Below, in pieces: positions 1-10,533 of a DNA stretch of 64,000 nt (position 1 is its first letter; the number at the start of each line of letters is the position of its first letter). The notes under the pieces were generated by a model. It worked only from the letters and a program-made list of their open reading frames with translations. It did not search any database and was not told where the DNA came from. Source of the stretch: Cryomorphaceae bacterium (GTDB taxonomy: Bacteria; Pseudomonadota; Gammaproteobacteria; Pseudomonadales; Halieaceae); contig JBLGAR010000007.1 in the NCBI GenBank assembly GCA_047612385.1, forward strand, positions 6,533 to 70,532, given 5' to 3'. The translations under genes and the position numbers were made by a program.

Positions 1-407
1 GCAAGCAAGGTCGTAGGAATTTGAATAAAGTTGACCCCGCGCTGATAGCAAGCGGCGGCGAAGCCTGTAATGTCTCCCACAACGCCACCACCAACAGCGA
101 TAAACGTCGTTCCTCTATCGTGCCTGTCTGCCATTACCTGGTCGAAGATTTTCTCAAGTGTCTCAAGCGACTTGTATTGCTCGCCGTCAGGCAGTATCAC
201 TTCGCTCACCAGGGTCGTGGTTTCCAATGCCCCTCTTACCCTATCTAGATAAATAGGCGCTACCGTTTCATTACTGACCAGAACGACCTGTGACCCGCTA
301 ACGTGGGAGGCCAATAAATGGGAATCGGAAAAAAGATCACGACCGATATAGACAGGATAGCTGCGCTCTCCCAAATCAACATGCAGGGTGTGTATAAGCA
401 ATGACAC
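1..407 (-). CDS. aroB: 3-dehydroquinate synthase, partial (C-terminus lies beyond the left window edge)
   Basis: The reverse-strand translation reads (V)[23 protein letters not shown]...[31 protein letters not shown], a DHQ synthase N-terminus with the GGGV.GD and [10 protein letters not shown] motifs. Start is GTG at 407 (or TTG at 401), with an in-frame TAG just upstream. It is absent from the ORF track because it is open at the edge. It lies directly downstream of aroK as in pilMNOPQ-aroKB clusters. Confidence 0.85.
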   Translation of the reverse strand, partial: MSLLIHTLHVDLGERSYPVYIGRDLFSDSHLLASHVSGSQVVLVSNETVAPIYLDRVRGALETTTLVSEVILPDGEQYKSLETLEKIFDQVMADRHDRGTTFIAVGGGVVGDITGFAAACYQRGVNFIQIPTTLL

Positions 408-467
408 AGTGAACCTCTAGCTTGGACAATGGAGGGATATGATAACGCCGCGGTGGCGGGCTTGTCT

Positions 468-980
468 CTAGCTCAGTTCCCGAACGAGCTTCTGCGCCAC
501 AGTGCGAGGGCTACAGCCATCGGTATCGATCACATGATCGGCAATCTCACGGTAAAGAGGATCGCGTATCGCCATTAGATCGCTAAGAATTTGCTCGGGA
601 TCTCCCTTCTGCAATAAGGGGCGTCGTCTGTCTCGATGAGTTCTGCGCACCTGCTCTTCCACAGTTGCATGTAAGTACACGACAAAGCCTCGGGCTGCCA
701 GCACACGACGGTTTTCCGGTCGCATGATCACACCGCCTCCGGTCGCCAACAAAACACTGTCCCAAAGAGTCATTTCCTCAACAGCCTGCTGCTCCCTGGC
801 ACGAAACCCTTCTTCTCCCTCGACGTCAAATATCCAGGGGATATCCGCGCCGGTACGAGCTTCAATTTCGGTGTCGGTATCAGCGAACTGAAGGTTCAGC
901 TGTTGAGCAAGATACTTACCAATGGTAGTTTTGCCGGCCCCCATGGGGCCGACTAAGAAAACTCTGTGCAAATTAGGCAT
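468..980 (-). CDS. aroK: shikimate kinase
   Basis: 170 aa with P-loop GPMGAGKTT near the N-terminus. Overall match to AroK (FADTD, GGG, RPLL) and position between pilQ and aroB. Confidence 0.93.
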   Translation of the reverse strand: MPNLHRVFLVGPMGAGKTTIGKYLAQQLNLQFADTDTEIEARTGADIPWIFDVEGEEGFRAREQQAVEEMTLWDSVLLATGGGVIMRPENRRVLAARGFVVYLHATVEEQVRRTHRDRRRPLLQKGDPEQILSDLMAIRDPLYREIADHVIDTDGCSPRTVAQKLVRELS

Positions 981-982
981 CG

Positions 983-3148
983 CTAATCGAGTACTGTGTC
1001 GGCCAGAATCCGTGGAGTAATGAAGATCAGGGTTTCAGTTTTAGTTTTGGTGTTGGCCTCGTTGCGGAAAAAGGCGCCAACATAAGGAATATCTCCAAGG
1101 AAAGGCACCTTGGATACACTCTCAATATCCTCTGTCCTGAACACGCCACCCAATACCACAGTTTCCCCATTGCCCACCAACACCTGAGTTGTTAGCTCAG
1201 TGGTATCGATCGAAGGAATGAAACCACCGGTTGTGCCACTGGGGACAAGATCTCCCACAGAGTCCTGGGTAATAATCAGGTCAAGTAAAATTCTATCGTC
1301 TGGAGTGATGTTGGGAGTCACGTCCAGTTTGAGTACAGCTTCTTTAAACGAGACCGTAGTCTCTCCACTGGCAGAAGATTCCTGATAGGGGATTTCGGAG
1401 CCGGACTCAATAGTCGCCTGCTGCTTGTCTCCCGTAATAACTTTAGGCTGGGATACAACCTCGCCTTCACCTGCAGCCTCCAAAGCGGAAAGCTCGGCTG
1501 ACAACAGTAGGTCTTCGCTTGCAAAGCCGACGGCAAAGCCGCTAGTAGCCGCACCTACGCCCAAATCAACCAACAACGCTCCAGGGAAATTTACGGTTGG
1601 TTGCGTGCCGTTGACTACGGAATTGTTGATATCAGAAACATTCTGTAAATCTCCCGCTACGGTGAGAACATTGCCGTTCTTGTCCGGATCCAGATACCCA
1701 CCACCCCATTGGATTCCCAGCTCACTGGACATGTCCGACTGGGCGATAACAATTCTAGCCTCAATCATGACCTGACGAATAGGCACATCGACAAGCTCAA
1801 TCAACTCGCGAATTTCAGCCAACTTCACTGCAGTTTCGGTCACTATCAGCGAATTCGTTCGTGGATCAACAATCACTGATCCACGAGCAGAAATAAGACT
1901 GCCTCCATCCTCAGAACCGGCGTTAAACAACTCTACTATAGAGGTTGCAGCCGCATAACGAATTCTTATAAATTCAGATTGCAACGGCGCCAGTTCCGCA
2001 ATAGAGCGGTTGGCTTCAATCTGCTGACGCTCGCGTTCTGCGATCTCGGCCGCCGGAGCAACCATCAACACATTGCCATTTTGGCGTTTGTCTAGGCCCT
2101 TGGTTTTCAAAACCAGGTCCAAAGCCTGATCCCAGGGAACATTTTGCAAGCGCAAAGTGATTCTGCCGGAAACCGTGTCACTAGCAACGAGGTTAAGCTC
2201 GGTAAAATCGGCGATTAGCTGCAGTACCGCTCGAACCTCGATATCCTGGAAGTTGAGAGAAATTCGATCACCGACATACGTAAACTCATCCTTGCGACGC
2301 TCGATTTCGCGTTTGGATAAAGGCTTCACACTCAATACATACTGCCCTTCGCTCTGATAGGCTAGATAATCAAAGTTCCCGGTGGCTTTAAGCGTTAATG
2401 TCGCTCCACGCTCAGAAGTGTTGACGTCGACACTGGTGACAGGAGTTGCAAAATCAGTTACATCGTAGCGACGCATCAATCGCTCGGGCACCGTAGTATT
2501 CAAAAACTGGATCTTTATATCGCCCCCCTCACTAAAGACATTCACGTCGACAGATGGATCCGTAAGATCGAGCGTAAGCCGACCTTCACCATCTCCTGTG
2601 CGCTGGAACTGCAAGTCCGAAATTTCTGAGCGGACTTCCGTTACAGCAACGACTTGCGTCGCCAGCTGAGTAGGGTCGGTTGTTGGTTTGATATAGTCGC
2701 TGCTGCCATCCTGGCCTACGACCACATAGATACTATTTCCTGCAACCCGGGTTGTGTAGGGAACCATCTTCACCAAATTCACAACCATGCGGGTTCTATC
2801 ACCCGACTCGAGGACCACCACACCGGTAGCGTTACCATAGGGCAAGGTATAGCGCTTCCTGTCCAATGCACTTTTTGTGCCTGGGAAATCAATCGCTATT
2901 CGCGCCGGTTTTTCAATGGTGTACGACTTTAAGTCCGGCGGTGTGCCATCAAAATCCAGACGAATTTCAAATTTGCTACCCGGACGGGAGCTAAATTCAA
3001 TATCCGTGACACTAGGTGCCGCCTGCAGCTGTCCTGCAAATATCGCCAACACAAGACCGAACCCCAATTGGCATCCCAGCCAACGCCTTTTTTCTTGCTT
3101 CTGTCTAATCACGGCCCCGATCCCCAATTTCATTTTTTTTATCCACAT
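983..3148 (-). CDS. pilQ: type IV pilus secretin PilQ
   Basis: 721 aa with a signal peptide, two AMIN-like N-terminal repeats (VTDIEFSS..., ISDLQFQR...) and a C-terminal secretin domain ([15 protein letters not shown]...TPRIL). It is the last gene of the pilMNOPQ set. Confidence 0.93.
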   Translation of the reverse strand: MWIKKMKLGIGAVIRQKQEKRRWLGCQLGFGLVLAIFAGQLQAAPSVTDIEFSSRPGSKFEIRLDFDGTPPDLKSYTIEKPARIAIDFPGTKSALDRKRYTLPYGNATGVVVLESGDRTRMVVNLVKMVPYTTRVAGNSIYVVVGQDGSSDYIKPTTDPTQLATQVVAVTEVRSEISDLQFQRTGDGEGRLTLDLTDPSVDVNVFSEGGDIKIQFLNTTVPERLMRRYDVTDFATPVTSVDVNTSERGATLTLKATGNFDYLAYQSEGQYVLSVKPLSKREIERRKDEFTYVGDRISLNFQDIEVRAVLQLIADFTELNLVASDTVSGRITLRLQNVPWDQALDLVLKTKGLDKRQNGNVLMVAPAAEIAERERQQIEANRSIAELAPLQSEFIRIRYAAATSIVELFNAGSEDGGSLISARGSVIVDPRTNSLIVTETAVKLAEIRELIELVDVPIRQVMIEARIVIAQSDMSSELGIQWGGGYLDPDKNGNVLTVAGDLQNVSDINNSVVNGTQPTVNFPGALLVDLGVGAATSGFAVGFASEDLLLSAELSALEAAGEGEVVSQPKVITGDKQQATIESGSEIPYQESSASGETTVSFKEAVLKLDVTPNITPDDRILLDLIITQDSVGDLVPSGTTGGFIPSIDTTELTTQVLVGNGETVVLGGVFRTEDIESVSKVPFLGDIPYVGAFFRNEANTKTKTETLIFITPRILADTVLD

Positions 3149-3170
3149 GGCACTTACCCAATATCGCGAC

Positions 3171-3704
3171 TTATACGCCGTCTAATTTGATCGTTCGTGG
3201 TCGCTCTACCCACCCGTTTTCCGTGCCATCGGTGACTATTTCGATTACGGCTACGTAAGTTTCCGTCATTTCAACTATTTTGCCGTGGTTGCGCCCCATA
3301 AAATATCCCAGCGTCACACGGTGAATCCCGCCATCTGGATCTCGCACGAGCACCCAATCGGTTCCCGCGCGAGCCAAACCACCCACCATTCGCAAGGAAT
3401 CGAAGGTGTATTGCTCAAGAAACTCCTTGGCTCGGGTCTCATCAGGTTTGACGGCACTAATAGCCTGCAACTGTCTGATTTCACGAACCTCGATCGGCCG
3501 ATCGAACGGACTGCGCAGCGCCGTAGCACTATAGGCAAACGCCTCATAGGCTTTAAAGGTAGGAATCGGAGTTATGATACCCCCTGGTTTGGCTCGTTTC
3601 TCAGCCATAAAAGTGTTGAGGTCCGACATATCACCGCCGCCACAGGCAGCCAACGTGATGACCAGCAGCACCGACAAACATAGATGATGAAAAGTGACAC
3701 CCAC
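3171..3704 (-). CDS. pilP: type IV pilus assembly lipoprotein PilP
   Basis: 177 aa with lipobox LAAC after a signal peptide. Size and position between pilO and pilQ fit PilP. Confidence 0.85.
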   Translation of the reverse strand: MGVTFHHLCLSVLLVITLAACGGGDMSDLNTFMAEKRAKPGGIITPIPTFKAYEAFAYSATALRSPFDRPIEVREIRQLQAISAVKPDETRAKEFLEQYTFDSLRMVGGLARAGTDWVLVRDPDGGIHRVTLGYFMGRNHGKIVEMTETYVAVIEIVTDGTENGWVERPRTIKLDGV

Positions 3705-3706
3705 GA

Positions 3707-4318
3707 TCAGGACTCCTCATCTTTATAACGATAAGTTTTTGCTAACAACTTTAGATCCAACATACCCGGAACGTTAGAAGCTGATATGCTGAAATCATGC
3801 AAAGTTACAATACGAGGCAAACCCGCCATGCCGCTGATAAACGCTCCGAGATCGTGGTAGTTGCCGCGAGCTGATATCGATATTGGTAGCTCGATATAAA
3901 ACTCTCTGCTTTGCTCTTCCAGTAAATCGATCGTGTTGATTTCAAGTCCGTTAAGCAATCCCTTATTGGTAATATCCTCAAGCAGACCAGGCACCTCAGT
4001 ATCACTGGGTAACTGGCTAACCAAAGCACCAAACGACTCCTGCATCTCTTCCATCTGACGCTTGTAGGCATCGAGATTCGCCGCCTGGAAGGCCTTCCCC
4101 TCGAAATCTTTTTTCAGCCGCTCTTCTTCCACTTCAGCGTTAGCCAACTGCAGCTGCATGTCCTTGATATGGTAGTAGTAACCACCGGCAAGAACTGCCG
4201 AAAGAAGTAGAACCCAAATAATAGCTTTGATCGCAATCGGCCACGCGCCAACATTATCAAAATCAAGATCGTTAACGTCAAATTCGCTCAGCGAACGCAT
4301 AGTATCTTCAAATGCCAT
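3707..4318 (-). CDS. pilO: type IV pilus assembly protein PilO
   Basis: 203 aa with a single N-terminal TM helix followed by a coiled coil. Position between pilN and pilP. Confidence 0.88.
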   Translation of the reverse strand: MAFEDTMRSLSEFDVNDLDFDNVGAWPIAIKAIIWVLLLSAVLAGGYYYHIKDMQLQLANAEVEEERLKKDFEGKAFQAANLDAYKRQMEEMQESFGALVSQLPSDTEVPGLLEDITNKGLLNGLEINTIDLLEEQSREFYIELPISISARGNYHDLGAFISGMAGLPRIVTLHDFSISASNVPGMLDLKLLAKTYRYKDEES

Positions 4319-4321
4319 AAC

Positions 4322-4890
4322 TCAGCCTTCCCCCGCTTGAACACCCGAGGTGGGTAACTCTATCTGTACTTTGAGATTAAATTGAGTAGCTTGGTCTCCG
4401 TATTCCAGCGCCGCACTTACCTTGTCCAAATTGGGATCGGCTAGCCAGTCAGAGCCATGTAAACGGCGCATCAAGCTAGAAACACGGTTATTGGACTCAG
4501 CTATACCGACTGCACTGATCGTTTTGCCAGTAGTCGCCACACTCGTATAAAAAACACCGTCGGGCACTGTTTTGACCATTTGATCGAGAATACGCACGAT
4601 AATAGGTCGGTTGCCCTGCAGCTCTTGAATAACCCGCATGCGGTCCAACAACTGATTGCGTCTTCTTTCCAAATCCTTGATCTCTGCAACTTGCTTGTCC
4701 AGAGCCGCAATTTCCTGATTCAGAAGCTGGTTTCTAGCGTTCTGGTTGTTGATCTGACTGGCGACAATCCGATCACCGAGCACTATCAAAACTACACCCA
4801 AGGCAAAAGCGAAACCCAAGATCGTCAAAAATCTTTTTTTGAGCTCTTGGCGGCGATCGTCTCGCCACGGTAATAAGTTAATTTGAGCCA

Positions 4891-4891
<1 letters not shown>
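4322..4891 (-). CDS. pilN: type IV pilus assembly protein PilN
   Basis: The ORF track starts at 4921, but the conserved PilN N-terminus MAQINLLPWR begins at ATG 4891. That ATG overlaps the pilM stop as TAATG. One TM helix, then a coiled coil. Confidence 0.88.
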
Positions 4892-5964
<1,073 letters not shown>

Positions 5965-6028
5965 CTATCAGTATCACTAACTTAGGATATTTTTATACAC
6001 CGATACATTAATTAACAGATATACCATA

Positions 6029-6108
6029 GTCACAATTCAATCAAAAGTGAAAAAGACACAATTCCCTCAAAAGTGAATAAGACACAATTCAATCCGAGGC
6101 GAAAAAAA
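6029..6108. repeat. three tandem direct repeats of about 26 bp in the pilM/ponA divergent intergenic region
   Basis: The units are gtcacaattcaatcaaaagtgaaaaa, gacacaattccctcaaaagtgaataa and gacacaattcaatccgaggcgaaaaaaa. Each begins with GaCACAATTC and ends in an A-tract. Units 1 and 2 match at about 22 of 26 positions. Confidence 0.7.
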
Positions 6109-6184
6109 GCATATAATCACCACCGCGACGAACGCTGTGTTCTGAGCACCTAAAAATATAAGCCTCTGCTTTTTATAGGATTCT

Positions 6185-8617
6185 ATGAAATTCCTCAGAC
6201 TGATACTGCGCCTCGCTCTCCTGGGTTTCTTTGGGACAGTATGGCTGCTCGCAGGGGTGTACCTGTACTTAAGCCCGAGCCTGCCAGACGTTGAATCGCT
6301 GCGCGATGTAAAATTACAAACGCCTATGAGCGTCTACACCGCGGAGGGCGATCTTATAGGCCAGTTCGGTGAACAAAAACGCAGTCCAATGAAGTTTGAC
6401 CAGATTCCTCAGACCTTCGTCAATGCTCTTTTAGCCGCTGAGGATGACGGATTTTTCCAACACGGCGGAATCGATATCATGGGATTGATGCGGGCGGTAT
6501 CAGAGCTCGTAATAACAGGTCAAAAAGGATCTGGTGGTAGCACTTTGACAATGCAGGTAGCGCGCAATTATTTTCTATCTCGAGAGCGCACCTTCATTCG
6601 AAAATTTAATGAGATTCTACTGGCCATCGAGATCGAGCGCGCACTGGAGAAATCGGAGATTTTTGAACTTTACTTCAACCGGGTGTTTCTGGGCCACAGG
6701 TCTTACGGCTTTGATGCAGCGGCACAGGTGTATTACGGCAAAAGTATCGCCGACCTGAACCTGGCCCAACAGGTGATGCTAGCCGGGATACCCAAAGCCC
6801 CCTCCCGCAACAACCCCATCAGCGGGCCCGAGGCAGGAGAAGCTCGGCGCAACTGGATTCTCGGTCGAATGCTGGCGCTAGGCTATATCGATCAAGCCGA
6901 GCGAGATAATGCCGTTCAAAGCCCGGTCACTGCAGAGCACCACGGTGCACAACTCAGCTTCCAGGCGCACTATGCCGCAGAAATGGCACGGCAGGAAATG
7001 CTTGAGATGTATGGGGTGGCTGCCTATACCGAGGGGTTCCATGTTTACACCACAATCAGCAGTGATCTTCAGAAGGTCGCGCAATACACCATTAATGATG
7101 GTTTGATTGCCTACGACAAACGCCACGGATACAGAGGGCCAGAGCGCAAACTTCCAACAGGAAACCTCGAACCGGCAACCGATGCCGTCAAATACTGGCT
7201 AAGCGCCCTTGCGGAAACTGCGGTGATAGCCGATTTAAAGGCTGCTATTGTAACGGCGGTGGAAGAAGAATTTGTTTCAATACTACTTTCAGACGGCGAA
7301 CTGGCCACCATTGCCTGGGAGAACGGCATTAACCAGGCAGCGCCGTACCAAAATGAAAACTCAAAAGGTAGCCCACCGCAAACTCCCGCAGAAGTGCTAA
7401 ATGTGGGCGACATGATACGCACCGTTACCGATATCGAGGGCAACTGGCAGCTTGCTCAAGTCCCGGCGGCGCAAGCGGCACTGGTGGCACTGGATCCCGA
7501 TGACGGCGCAATACTGAGTGTTGTCGGCGGAATGGGCTTCGAACAAAGCAAGTTCAACCGCGCAACCCAGGCGGAACGACAGCCAGGGTCAAATTTCAAA
7601 CCCTTCATCTATAGCGCTGCTCTGGAGGCAGGATACACCGCGGCAAGCATTATAAACGATGCCCCAGTTGTATTTCAGGACAGTTCACTGGAAGGGATAT
7701 GGCGCCCAGAAAACGACGGGGGCAAATTTTATGGGCCCACACGGTTGCGATGGGCACTCACAAAGTCCAGAAATTTGGTATCCATCCGCTTGTTGCAGCA
7801 GATGGGAATCAAACCCGTTATCGATTACGCACAGCGATTTGGTTTTGACACCTCCCGCTTTGCCCCGGACCTATCACTAGCGCTTGGCACACACTCCGTT
7901 ACTCCGCTGAAGCTGGCTGGGGCCTATACAGCTTTAGCGAATGGCGGTTATCGGGTTGATCCGTATTTAGTGCAACGAGTAGAGAACTTGTCGGGAGACG
8001 TCCTTTTTAAGGCTAATCCACTCACGGTGTGCCGAAACTGCGAGGCAGATCCAAGCCCGACCGAACTGAGCATGGAACAAATTCTGGCCCAGCAAGATGC
8101 GGGAAAACCGGAAATCAACATCGCACCGAGAATCATGGACGCGCGAGTCAATTACATTATTGATAGTATTTTGCAGGACGTCATTACCCGAGGCACGGCG
8201 ACGCGAGCACTGGTCCTTAAGCGAGGAGATTTAGCGGGGAAAACAGGGACGACCAACGGGCCCAAGGATGCATGGTTTTCAGGCTACAATCGTGATGTTG
8301 TTACAACAACCTGGGTCGGGTTTGACGACTACACACCACTGGGGAAGCGGGAGTTCGGCGGCACAGCGGCGCTACCGATATGGATCAATTTCATGCGCGA
8401 AGCACTTAAAAACTCTCCCGATGTAGAGCGCCCCATTCCCGCCGGAATCGTCAACGTAAAAATCGACCCAGACACCGGTCTACTGGCATCAGCGCAACAG
8501 CGCAACGCCATTTTCGAGCACTTCCGGGCAGAGCGAGTTCCCAAGCCGGCAAGCGACTCGAAGGGCAGCGGCAACACCAACCAGGAAGCAAACGAATGGA
8601 TCAACGATATCTTCTAG
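6185..8617 (+). CDS. ponA: penicillin-binding protein 1A (bifunctional transglycosylase/transpeptidase)
   Basis: 810 aa with an N-terminal TM anchor. Glycosyltransferase-51 motifs (EDDGFFQHGGID, GGSTLTMQ, RKFNE) and transpeptidase motifs (SNFKP, SRN, KTGTT) are present. Divergent from pilM as in Pseudomonas. Confidence 0.93.
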   Translation: MKFLRLILRLALLGFFGTVWLLAGVYLYLSPSLPDVESLRDVKLQTPMSVYTAEGDLIGQFGEQKRSPMKFDQIPQTFVNALLAAEDDGFFQHGGIDIMGLMRAVSELVITGQKGSGGSTLTMQVARNYFLSRERTFIRKFNEILLAIEIERALEKSEIFELYFNRVFLGHRSYGFDAAAQVYYGKSIADLNLAQQVMLAGIPKAPSRNNPISGPEAGEARRNWILGRMLALGYIDQAERDNAVQSPVTAEHHGAQLSFQAHYAAEMARQEMLEMYGVAAYTEGFHVYTTISSDLQKVAQYTINDGLIAYDKRHGYRGPERKLPTGNLEPATDAVKYWLSALAETAVIADLKAAIVTAVEEEFVSILLSDGELATIAWENGINQAAPYQNENSKGSPPQTPAEVLNVGDMIRTVTDIEGNWQLAQVPAAQAALVALDPDDGAILSVVGGMGFEQSKFNRATQAERQPGSNFKPFIYSAALEAGYTAASIINDAPVVFQDSSLEGIWRPENDGGKFYGPTRLRWALTKSRNLVSIRLLQQMGIKPVIDYAQRFGFDTSRFAPDLSLALGTHSVTPLKLAGAYTALANGGYRVDPYLVQRVENLSGDVLFKANPLTVCRNCEADPSPTELSMEQILAQQDAGKPEINIAPRIMDARVNYIIDSILQDVITRGTATRALVLKRGDLAGKTGTTNGPKDAWFSGYNRDVVTTTWVGFDDYTPLGKREFGGTAALPIWINFMREALKNSPDVERPIPAGIVNVKIDPDTGLLASAQQRNAIFEHFRAERVPKPASDSKGSGNTNQEANEWINDIF

Positions 8618-8645
8618 GCAGTTCCTGTGAAAAGCGGAGGCGGAG

Positions 8646-9905
8646 CTAGCCGCCTGGAAGATAGTCTTTTGGGTACGGTAAACCCGCTACGCCACTGTCT
8701 ACGGCAGCTCTGGCTACCGCTCCGGCCACACAATTGAGAAGTCGTTTATCCACAGGCTTGGGAATAATATACTCAGCGCCGAACGTCAATGAATCGACGT
8801 CACATGCCACCAGCACCTCTTCGGGAACGTCTTCCTTCGCCAGCGCACAAAGCGCCCTAACAGCGGCTACTTTCATCTCCTCGTTAATACGGCTAGCCCT
8901 GACATCCAAAGCCCCACGGAAAATAAACGGAAAGCCAAGAACATTATTCACCTGATTGGGATAATCAGACCTGCCTGTGGCCATTATCAAATCGCTCCGG
9001 GTTGCGTGCGCCAACGCCGGATCAATCTCAGGGTCGGGATTAGAGCAGGCAAAAACCACCGGCTTGTCTGCCATAGACAGGAGCATTTGCGGGCTGAGTA
9101 AATTGGCCCCGGACAGGCCTATAAAGACATCGGCGCCATTAATCGCATCGGTCAAGCTGCGCTTGTCCGTATTATTGGAAAACTCTTCCTTGTAGACGTT
9201 CACCCCTTCGCGGCCCGGATAAATAACACCCCGACGGTCCAGCATGAAAATATTCTCGCGACGAGCACCCAAGCTTACCAGCAGACGCATGCACGCAATG
9301 GCTGCGGAGCCGGCGCCCAAACACGTCAGCACCGCGTTCTCAAGCGTCTTGCCTTGAATTTCCAAGGCGCTGATCAGACCGGCCGCTGTAACAATTGCTG
9401 TGCCGTGTTGGTCATCGTGAAAAATAGGAATATTGCATTGTTCAATCAAGCTAGCTTCGATTTCAAAGCACTCCGGCGCCTTGATATCCTCGAGATTGAT
9501 TCCCCCGAAGCTGTCCGCTATCAGTGCAACCGTATTAATAAATTGCTCGGAATCCTCGGTATCAACCTCAATATCAATCGCGTTGATTCCAGCAAACCGT
9601 TTAAACAGTAATGCCTTACCTTCCATAACCGGCTTGCTAGCCAGCGCGCCCAGGTTTCCCAAACCCAAGACCGCAGTACCGTTACTGATAACAGCAACCA
9701 TATTGCCCTTACCGGTGTAGAGGTAGGCATTGGCAGGATCTTTGGCAATTTCCAGGCAAGGCTCTGCAACACCAGGGCTATACGCGAGCGAGAGATCGTA
9801 TTGTGTTTCCGCAGCGGTACTCAGCTCCATCTGGATTTTCCCCGGTGTCGGGTGGGAGTGGTAGCGCAGCGCGGCTTCCTTTAAATCCTTTGACATGGTG
9901 TTCAC
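8646..9905 (-). CDS. NAD(P)-dependent malic enzyme, short form without a phosphotransacetylase-like domain
   Basis: 419 aa with LAYSPGVA, VAVISNGTAVLGLGNLG, FHDDQHGTA and a GAGSAA Rossmann motif, characteristic of the prokaryotic small malic enzyme. Confidence 0.9.
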   Translation of the reverse strand: MNTMSKDLKEAALRYHSHPTPGKIQMELSTAAETQYDLSLAYSPGVAEPCLEIAKDPANAYLYTGKGNMVAVISNGTAVLGLGNLGALASKPVMEGKALLFKRFAGINAIDIEVDTEDSEQFINTVALIADSFGGINLEDIKAPECFEIEASLIEQCNIPIFHDDQHGTAIVTAAGLISALEIQGKTLENAVLTCLGAGSAAIACMRLLVSLGARRENIFMLDRRGVIYPGREGVNVYKEEFSNNTDKRSLTDAINGADVFIGLSGANLLSPQMLLSMADKPVVFACSNPDPEIDPALAHATRSDLIMATGRSDYPNQVNNVLGFPFIFRGALDVRASRINEEMKVAAVRALCALAKEDVPEEVLVACDVDSLTFGAEYIIPKPVDKRLLNCVAGAVARAAVDSGVAGLPYPKDYLPGG

Positions 9906-10034
9906 TTCGCATTGAGACAGGTAAAAACAGGGGGGAGAGCATATAGAAAAGCAGTAAAAGGAACAAGGCCGCAGGGCGGCTACTGCGGTGCGGTCTCCGC
10001 CCCTCCCCCGACGCTATTATTAGTGAAGGAGGCA

Positions 10035-10072
10035 TAAAAAAAGCGCCATACCTCGGGGGCAGGGCGCTTTTC
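10035..10072 (-). terminator. putative rho-independent terminator of rpmE
   Basis: On the minus strand, gaaaagcgccctgcccccgaggtatggcgcttttttt forms a GC stem (AAGCGCC/GGCGCTT) followed by a T7 run, about 25 nt after the rpmE stop. Confidence 0.6.
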
Positions 10073-10097
10073 GCAGCGTGGATCTCAGCGGTAGGGG

Positions 10098-10340
10098 CTA
10101 GGATTCAGCCTCAACTTCTTCAGTCTTCGCTTTAGTGCCTCTATTACCGAAACGCTTGTTGAAACGATCAACGCGGCCGCCAGTATCCAACATTTTCTGC
10201 TTACCCGTAAAAAACGGGTGACACTGGGAACACACATCAACATGAAGGTCTTCACATAGTGTTGAGCGAGTTGTAATCTTGTTGCCACAGCTACAAGTCG
10301 CTGTAACATCCTCGTACTTGGGATGGATATCTGCTTTCAT
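10098..10340 (-). CDS. rpmE: 50S ribosomal protein L31
   Basis: [20 protein letters not shown]...[13 protein letters not shown] is canonical zinc-ribbon L31. The true ATG is at 10340, so the track ORF carries a 19-aa spurious extension. Confidence 0.93.
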   Translation of the reverse strand: MKADIHPKYEDVTATCSCGNKITTRSTLCEDLHVDVCSQCHPFFTGKQKMLDTGGRVDRFNKRFGNRGTKAKTEEVEAES

Positions 10341-10533
10341 TGTCTTACTCCTGCTGGATAGTCGATGCCGCCACCCGACCCATGTCGAGTACCGCATCTG
10401 GATAACGGAGCGGCCGTTGGCCGGTCAAAAAATAGGCCGGCATCTTACCAGACACACTACGATAAGCAAGACTTTCACTGTATTTGTTACAATGCGTCAA
10501 ATTCATCCAGCCATAGCCTAGATAAGGGGCGTA

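Noticed and set aside
6112-6117. TATAAT hexamer as the ponA -10 element
   Set aside because: It is a perfect hexamer, but the sequence 17 bp upstream (tcaatc) is a poor -35 and the region is AT-rich, so chance occurrence is likely. I mention it only in the repeat finding and do not call it as a feature.
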